Virus record (IMG/VR): IMGVR_UViG_3300017774_004101
Coordinates: 1 to 64,000 of that record
Source: a virus
Lineage: Duplodnaviria > Caudoviricetes
Length of the DNA stretch: 64,000 bases
Direction: 5' to 3' (one strand)
The notes under the pieces are model-generated. The model was not told where the DNA came from, made no database searches, and saw nothing but the letters and a program-made list of their open reading frames with translations. The position numbers and the translations under genes are program-made. Shown one piece after another: positions 57,925-64,000 of this stretch. The first letter of the stretch is position 1. Each line of letters starts with the position of its first letter.

Positions 57925-60900
57925 ATGATTATTAACAAAATATATCACTTAGCAGATTTACACATTAGAAATTTGCAAAGACATAAAGAATACAAAGAGG
58001 TATTCAAAAAGTTTTTAAAACAAGTAGAAGACGATAAAATTCAAGATTCTATTATTTATTTAGCAGGGGATATTGCACATGCTAAAACTGAAATGTCTCC
58101 TGAACTTATTAGAGAGATTAGTTGGTTTTTAACTGAATGTTCAAAACTAAGAGAAACTTTTCTAATAACAGGTAACCACGATTGTAACTTAAACAATAAC
58201 CATAGACTAGATGTTCTTACGCCTATTATCGATAATCTTAATAATCCTCACATCCATTATCTCCGCGATACTGGTGTTTATAATTATAACAATATTACTT
58301 TTGTTGTTTATTCCATATTGGATAAGAAGGAAAATTGGCCGTTGGCTAAGGATATTGAGGGTGAAAACAAAATCTGTCTTTTCCACGGGCCGGTAAACAA
58401 AGCACAAACTGATATTGGGTATGTAGTATCATCAAATTCCTTTACTGTTGATATGTTTGAAGGATTTGATATGGCAATGTTAGGTGATATCCACAAACGT
58501 CAAACATTTGGTGAAGGGTGGGAACACGTAGCATATGCAGGTTCAATGGTTCAACAAAATCACGGGGAGATGTTGGAGAATCATGGGTATTTATTATGGG
58601 ATGTTCCAACTCGTACATTTACGGAACACCATCTTCATAATGATTATGGATTCCTTACAATCGATGTAGTCAACGGACAGATACCACAATGGGTATATGA
58701 TGAGATTGATACAAAATTACCTAAGAACCCACGTTTAAGATTAAGGTTTACCAGTACTGAAGCATCAGAAATGAAGTTGCGTATTACTGAACTTAAAGAA
58801 TTATTTAATGTAGCAGAGGTGACGGTAACAAGAACGGATACCATTGGTCAATTAAAGACAAATTCAAAATTAAACAAAAATATTGTTGGTAACGTAAAAG
58901 ATGAAACTTTTCAAAATCAATTGATTAGAGATTATTTAGAAAGACAATTTCTGTTAGAGGATTCAGATTTAGATAAAATTTCTGAAATCAATAAGGAGAT
59001 TAATCACCGAATTGATGATTCTGAATTGGCTGAAAACATTCTTTGGTTGCCTAAGACGTTGGAGTTCTCAAATATGTTTTCATATGGAGAAGGTAACAAA
59101 GTTAGATTTGAAAACGCACAGGGAGTGATTGGTATATTTGCACCAAATGCAAGTGGTAAATCATCTCTTTTTGATGCCCTTTCATTTTGTATCTTTGATA
59201 AGACATCAAGAAGTTCATCATCAAAAAATATTCTAAATAATCAAAAAGATAATTTCTATTGTAAATTTAACTTTGAAATTGATGGAGTAGATTACTTCAT
59301 TGAACGTAGTGCAAGATGGACACGTAAGGGAACTAACCTTTCCGTAAATGTAAACTTTTGGAAAGAAGATGGGGGAGTTACTACCTCATTAAATGGTGAA
59401 CAACGTAGAGATACGAATAAAAATATTGAACGATATTTAGGTAAATTTGAAGATTTTGTTCTAACATCCCTTTCCCTACAAGGAAACAATGCTCTATTCA
59501 TTGATAAATCACAATCAGAAAGAAAGGAGATACTTTCTCAATTTATTGGTGTAGATATCTTTGATAAATTATATACGATAGCAGCAGATGAGAATAGAGA
59601 TAACGCCACTTTAATCAAAAAATTCAAATCTGATGATTTTACTTCTAAGTTAGCCGATATCAAAACTCAATTGACTGAGTCAACAAATGAATACAAATTA
59701 GTTGATATTGAATTGGGTGGAATTAAAACCGAAGAGGAATCTTTAAATAAGGATTTAATTCGTTTGAATGGTAAAATTATAAAATTAAATTCTGATAATG
59801 TTGGAATTGAAGAATTAGAAAAAAGAAAAAGAATTCTTTCTGATAAGGAAACTGAGGTGTTAAATCTAAAAAATGCTACACAAGACCGCATTGGTAAATT
59901 AGAAGCGTTACAATTAGAATTAGAGGAAATTATTGATGGATTTAATGAAGATGAGTTAGAAACAAAGATAAACGAATTGGGAGTTGCTAAAACGGATTTG
60001 AGTAATACTAAACATGAATTAGATAAATTAGGGATTTGGCATACATCATTGGTTGACAAAAAAAAACATTTGGATTTACACAAATATAATCCAGAATGTA
60101 CTATTTGTATGGAAAATTCGGAAACAATCCTACAAAGTAAAGATGAGGTTGAAACAACGTTAAATGATGTAAATACATATATTACTACTGCAAATACTAC
60201 AAAGGATGCGTTAGAGTTAACGATTACATCATTGACTCCATATGAGACTGATTGGGTTAATTTAACGGATACTAAGGAAAAGGAAACCAAAATTGATAGA
60301 GAAATTTCTTCACTTATTAACAAGTTATCAACATCCGAAACTGAGGAAATCAGAGTTCAAACACAAATTGCCGAACAAATTAAACTAATTGATGAGTATT
60401 ATAAGAACGAAGAACAAATCAAAAAGAATGGTGAAATTAGGGAAGAAATCAAATTTGTAAGAGAAACCCTTGATACTAATAAGATTCAGTTTACAAAAAC
60501 AAATAAAAAATTATTAGAGTTAAATGGTAGAGTTTCATCCCTACAATCCCAAAGAGATACTTTAGAGGATAAAATCAAAGAGGTTAAGAATTTAGAGGAA
60601 CAATCGAAATTATACGAATATTATCTTAATGCACTAAATAAGGATGGGGTATCGTATGAATTGATTGAAAAATCTCTACCAATGATTGAGGGTGAGGTTA
60701 ATAACATTTTGGCACAAATTGTGGAGTTTGGAATGCAATTAGAGATGGATGGTAAAAACATCAATGCTTACCTCGTATACGGGGATAATAAGTGGTCTTT
60801 GGAGATGTGTAGTGGTATGGAGAGGTTTATCTCTGGGCTTGCAATTAGGGTGGCTTTAATCAACGTATGTAACCTTCCTCGTCCTAACTTCCTAGTTATA

Positions 60901-61080
60901 GATGAAGGGTTCGGAACATTAGATAGTGAGAACCTACAATCCCTATTCATGTTATTCACTTATTTGAAGACACAATTCGATTTTGTAATGATTATATCCC
61001 ATATCGACTCAATGAGAGATGTAGTAGATGGTTTAATAGAAATTAAAAAAACAAATGGATTTAGCTATGTAAAGTTTTAA
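57925..61080 (+). CDS. fused Mre11/SbcD nuclease - Rad50/SbcC ATPase (T4 gp47-gp46 equivalent)
   Basis: ADLH, GDI, GNHD, FHG, GDIHK; APNASGKSS, coiled coil with CTIC hook, CSGMERF, LVIDEGFG, IISH. Confidence 0.92.
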   Translation: MIINKIYHLADLHIRNLQRHKEYKEVFKKFLKQVEDDKIQDSIIYLAGDIAHAKTEMSPELIREISWFLTECSKLRETFLITGNHDCNLNNNHRLDVLTPIIDNLNNPHIHYLRDTGVYNYNNITFVVYSILDKKENWPLAKDIEGENKICLFHGPVNKAQTDIGYVVSSNSFTVDMFEGFDMAMLGDIHKRQTFGEGWEHVAYAGSMVQQNHGEMLENHGYLLWDVPTRTFTEHHLHNDYGFLTIDVVNGQIPQWVYDEIDTKLPKNPRLRLRFTSTEASEMKLRITELKELFNVAEVTVTRTDTIGQLKTNSKLNKNIVGNVKDETFQNQLIRDYLERQFLLEDSDLDKISEINKEINHRIDDSELAENILWLPKTLEFSNMFSYGEGNKVRFENAQGVIGIFAPNASGKSSLFDALSFCIFDKTSRSSSSKNILNNQKDNFYCKFNFEIDGVDYFIERSARWTRKGTNLSVNVNFWKEDGGVTTSLNGEQRRDTNKNIERYLGKFEDFVLTSLSLQGNNALFIDKSQSERKEILSQFIGVDIFDKLYTIAADENRDNATLIKKFKSDDFTSKLADIKTQLTESTNEYKLVDIELGGIKTEEESLNKDLIRLNGKIIKLNSDNVGIEELEKRKRILSDKETEVLNLKNATQDRIGKLEALQLELEEIIDGFNEDELETKINELGVAKTDLSNTKHELDKLGIWHTSLVDKKKHLDLHKYNPECTICMENSETILQSKDEVETTLNDVNTYITTANTTKDALELTITSLTPYETDWVNLTDTKEKETKIDREISSLINKLSTSETEEIRVQTQIAEQIKLIDEYYKNEEQIKKNGEIREEIKFVRETLDTNKIQFTKTNKKLLELNGRVSSLQSQRDTLEDKIKEVKNLEEQSKLYEYYLNALNKDGVSYELIEKSLPMIEGEVNNILAQIVEFGMQLEMDGKNINAYLVYGDNKWSLEMCSGMERFISGLAIRVALINVCNLPRPNFLVIDEGFGTLDSENLQSLFMLFTYLKTQFDFVMIISHIDSMRDVVDGLIEIKKTNGFSYVKF

Positions 61081-61231
61081 CTGCTAATATATTAGTTGGT
61101 TTGGGTTTGTTAATTCTTTGTTTAATTAACGACTCTACCAACCCACTTAACGTATACCCGTGTTCTCTACAATATTCTTGTAGAAGTGCATGGGTATCTT
61201 TTTTTATTTGAATTGTCGTATATTTGTTCAT
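61061..61231 (-). CDS. ribbon-helix-helix DNA-binding protein (56 aa)
   Basis: Own translation MNKYTTIQIKKDTHALLQEYCREHGYTLSGLVESLIKQRINKPKPTNILAVKTLHS*. Confidence 0.7.
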   Translation of the reverse strand: MNKYTTIQIKKDTHALLQEYCREHGYTLSGLVESLIKQRINKPKPTNILAVKTLHS

Positions 61232-61296
61232 TTCTATTGGTTTCTATGGGTTTCCATAGAATAAATATAATACAATCTTTTTTACTTATATTTATT
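61231..61296. promoter_or_regulatory. divergent control region: repeats plus back-to-back ATATTTATT motifs
   Basis: TTCTATGG-GTTT-CCATAGAA inverted repeat 61242-61261; ATATTTATT on - strand 61260-68 and + strand 61288-96. Confidence 0.55.
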
Positions 61297-61315
61297 ACCA
61301 TAACAAAGGATTCCA

Positions 61316-64000
61316 ATGGCAATAATTAAATCGTTCGCTTCTTATCAAAATTTATCAAACTTTGGTACATTTATAAATGACCAAGTTAGAACCTCTGAAT
61401 ATTTTAGAATTACAGAATTTAAAGATACGTTTACCGGTGGTAAGAATGGGTTTCTTATAGAGGGTTCTGAACATTTAAAGGAAACGACTGAAATTAAAAT
61501 AGAAATATTAGATGTCACCGGTACTCCAATTTATTATGAACCAGGTGATGGTATACCTGAATATTACGAAGGAATTTCAAAAATTGTATCCGTGCACGTC
61601 TATGAGGATACTCCTATTGGTTTAGGAAAAATTACTGTATTAGGTGAATTAAAAACCTATATTGATGAGACGGGTGTAGTTAGAGATGTTCCTGCAGAGT
61701 GGCGTGGTATCTATAATATTAAGTGGGAAAGAACATTTAATGTAAATAAAAATCTTGCTAATGAAACTATTGTTAGGTTTTATAAAAGACCAAAAATTAC
61801 AATTGATGAGATAAACAAGCCTATTTTTAACATAACAACCCCATCGGTTACTCAAACGGGATTGGTTGAGGGTATACCACAACAACCAGTTTATGGTACT
61901 GATATTCGAACTTGGACAGCCGGAACTTTATATAAATTGAAAATTACTGATGGTTCAAATTGGACATCATCGGTTGATGAAAATACCATAACAATACCAT
62001 CATTAGGGTATTCGGCAACTATAAGAGAGGTCTTAAATAACAAAGAAATATTTGTAGATGTTCCGTATCTAATATCATCCTCCGTTTCAAATTTTCCTGC
62101 TACTGCCTACACAACTACATTTGACCATATTGAAGGTCAGACGATTATCAACTCGGCGTTGACGGGTTCTTTTGCTAAAATTCAACTATCAGATTTAAAA
62201 ACATTTGTTGGTGATGTAGCAAGAGTAAAAGTTTATAGAAAATCTAGAAACGAAGTTGGTGATTACCAATTCATACAAGATACTAAATTAGAATCATCAG
62301 AAATACTAAAAGATATAACTACAACTGCTGCTACCGAATTATCTTACGGCCAGTTCACTCAATCAAATATAAAAAATTATTGGGTAAGTGGTTCAACTGC
62401 ACATCCAATTACAATCAATGTAGATAAATTAAACGCATCAGTACAAGTAAATTATAGTGGTTCAAATTATGATAACCCCGCCCTTTTTATCACATCGCAA
62501 TCACTTTCTCTAACAGAGGGGGTAGAGTATACTCTTTCATTTAAAACACTCCTAAGTGGTTCAAATGATTCAACTAAAACTTTAAAAGCTTATTTTAGTG
62601 GTTCGGCTTATCCACAACAAACGATTGTAAATGTCACTAATTCGGCCATATATACTACAAAACAAAACGTAACTCAAAACGTAAAGGCAACTAAGACCGG
62701 AGATGCTAAATTGGTATTTGAGTTTGCTGGAGATGATTGGTATTTAGCAAATGTAAGTTTACAAAACGCACAAGAAACTTCTTTTTCGCCTGATGAATTT
62801 ACTTTAATACAAGATATTCCTCGTAAACTTGCAAGTGAGACATATGATTTTAAATTTGAATTTTACGATATAAATAACAATTATATTCCGGTTGATGTAA
62901 AAACTTCAAAAACATTTAATGGTGGTAATAGTTTTACAACTACATCCAAAATCTTAACATTTGAATCAGATAGAACGGCATTTCGTTTTAGTAGTGGTTC
63001 GTTTGGTAATCCTGCTTTTCAACAAGTTGGATTCTCAATTGGTAGAACTAATTTAACAGGTTCAGTTACTTATGCATCTGCAGCATTTGATGTAGGAGGT
63101 GATTATATACGACCATCACATTATTCCGCATCCAATGGAACAATTTTACAATATCCTGGTTTTTTAACCAACGCCGGAGATGGTGGTGCAAGTTTAACTA
63201 TTGCTAATTTTAGTGGTAGTGTGGCATCGGTAATAGTTGGTTCTATAACTTATACTGCATCATGTGATGGGTTAAATGAGTTTGAAACCATTTATAGATT
63301 TGAAGATGGAGAAAATGCACCTGGTCTATTTGTAACTGCAAATACAAATCAATTTATTTATAAGGCGACTGATTTATCCCTCAATCCATCCGGTCAAATA
63401 ATTACAATCGAGGCTAAAAGAAAAAATTTAGCATCCGCATCAACTCCATTAACTATAAATTCTGGAAGTGGAAAACCACCATTAACATTAGTATCTACAA
63501 ATGCAACCAATGGTGTTGATACTTATACAATAGCCGGTTCATCATATCCATTCTCAACGAGTGAAACTTCATATTCTATTTCAGGCTCCGACCAATTTGG
63601 TAATGTTTTTTCTGATACAATAAAAATAACTCCTGTAAAAATATTAGATGGGTTTTCAGTTGCAACAAGTAATGAGAATACATCTTTTCCTGCTAATTCA
63701 ATCGGTTCGGTAATAGGTGGGTTTACTGCAAGTAGTGGTTCTATAACAGTTAAAGTTGGTAGTGAAGTTATAAATTATTCATCAACATTTGTAACTAATT
63801 CATTTAGTGCAAGTATTTCTTCAACGTCTGGTCTAACTCCAAATACATTTAACGGAACAAATTATTCAATAAACGCATTATCAGCAGATAGTGGTTCATT
63901 AACCCTATTAGTAAAATATAAAGATGGTGGGGAAACAATAATAAGTTCATCAAAAGAAATAACATATTCAAAAGTTAAAAAAGCAGCACCGATATTATCT
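61316..64000 (+). CDS. very large virion/tail-fibre-like protein (5' part, runs off window)
   Basis: Starts MAIIKSFASYQNLS...FTGGKNGFLIEGS; same frame reads ...TYSKVKKAAPILS at window end; Ser/Thr/Gly-rich; absent from ORF track, consistent with no stop. Confidence 0.8.
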   Translation, partial: MAIIKSFASYQNLSNFGTFINDQVRTSEYFRITEFKDTFTGGKNGFLIEGSEHLKETTEIKIEILDVTGTPIYYEPGDGIPEYYEGISKIVSVHVYEDTPIGLGKITVLGELKTYIDETGVVRDVPAEWRGIYNIKWERTFNVNKNLANETIVRFYKRPKITIDEINKPIFNITTPSVTQTGLVEGIPQQPVYGTDIRTWTAGTLYKLKITDGSNWTSSVDENTITIPSLGYSATIREVLNNKEIFVDVPYLISSSVSNFPATAYTTTFDHIEGQTIINSALTGSFAKIQLSDLKTFVGDVARVKVYRKSRNEVGDYQFIQDTKLESSEILKDITTTAATELSYGQFTQSNIKNYWVSGSTAHPITINVDKLNASVQVNYSGSNYDNPALFITSQSLSLTEGVEYTLSFKTLLSGSNDSTKTLKAYFSGSAYPQQTIVNVTNSAIYTTKQNVTQNVKATKTGDAKLVFEFAGDDWYLANVSLQNAQETSFSPDEFTLIQDIPRKLASETYDFKFEFYDINNNYIPVDVKTSKTFNGGNSFTTTSKILTFESDRTAFRFSSGSFGNPAFQQVGFSIGRTNLTGSVTYASAAFDVGGDYIRPSHYSASNGTILQYPGFLTNAGDGGASLTIANFSGSVASVIVGSITYTASCDGLNEFETIYRFEDGENAPGLFVTANTNQFIYKATDLSLNPSGQIITIEAKRKNLASASTPLTINSGSGKPPLTLVSTNATNGVDTYTIAGSSYPFSTSETSYSISGSDQFGNVFSDTIKITPVKILDGFSVATSNENTSFPANSIGSVIGGFTASSGSITVKVGSEVINYSSTFVTNSFSASISSTSGLTPNTFNGTNYSINALSADSGSLTLLVKYKDGGETIISSSKEITYSKVKKAAPILS

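Noticed and set aside
852-61885. Numerous minus-strand and alternate-frame ORFs in the ORF track (e.g. 21391-21882, 59667-60323, 20589-20996)
   Set aside because: They overlap well-supported + strand genes, lack motifs and look like shadow ORFs
1-64000. Stop-codon reassignment as seen in some large Bacteroidota phages
   Set aside because: Conserved genes are full length in code 11, and TGA/TAG terminate genes at sensible positions (e.g. 7469, 33643)
1-64000. CRISPR array, tRNA, rRNA, integrase, transposase or DGR
   Set aside because: No repeat-spacer pattern, cloverleaf or relevant protein motifs seen; intergenic gaps are short (by eye only; tRNAscan/Infernal not run)

Overview
An AT-rich, densely coding, almost entirely + strand segment of a large myovirus-like (T4-baseplate-type) bacteriophage in the standard genetic code. 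The host is inferred to be Bacteroidota from seven TTTG-N20-TAnnTT promoters, lipoproteins with CSK(D/E)D export signals and generally SD-less A-rich starts. In order it holds: an RNA-repair module (kinase + DRB0094-type RNA ligase); PhoH; three HExxH proteins; two lipoproteins; NT5C; an HD protein; Hsp20; a ~9.5 kb accessory cluster (permuted ATP-grasp/Hint fusion, 38-aa peptide, six SGNH proteins, two 2OG-Fe(II) oxygenases, NTase, kinase, two sulfotransferase-like and one GT-like protein); IscA; a cupin; an HldC-like NTase; UvsE; an SF2 helicase; ThyA; Def; a radical SAM/HAD module; a gp55-like sigma factor; a carbamoyltransferase; an Ntn hydrolase; a baseplate/tail module (gp5-, gp25-, gp6-like, CHAP and GH19 lysins, large virion proteins); primase; a single-chain Mre11-Rad50 (SbcD-SbcC) fusion; a minus-strand RHH gene; and the start of a giant virion protein. 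The strongest novelty candidate is the ATP-grasp-Hint/peptide/tailoring-enzyme operon, many of whose unrelated enzymes share a C-terminal Lys-rich, hydrophobic-ended tag. All calls come from reading motifs by eye; no database searches were run.
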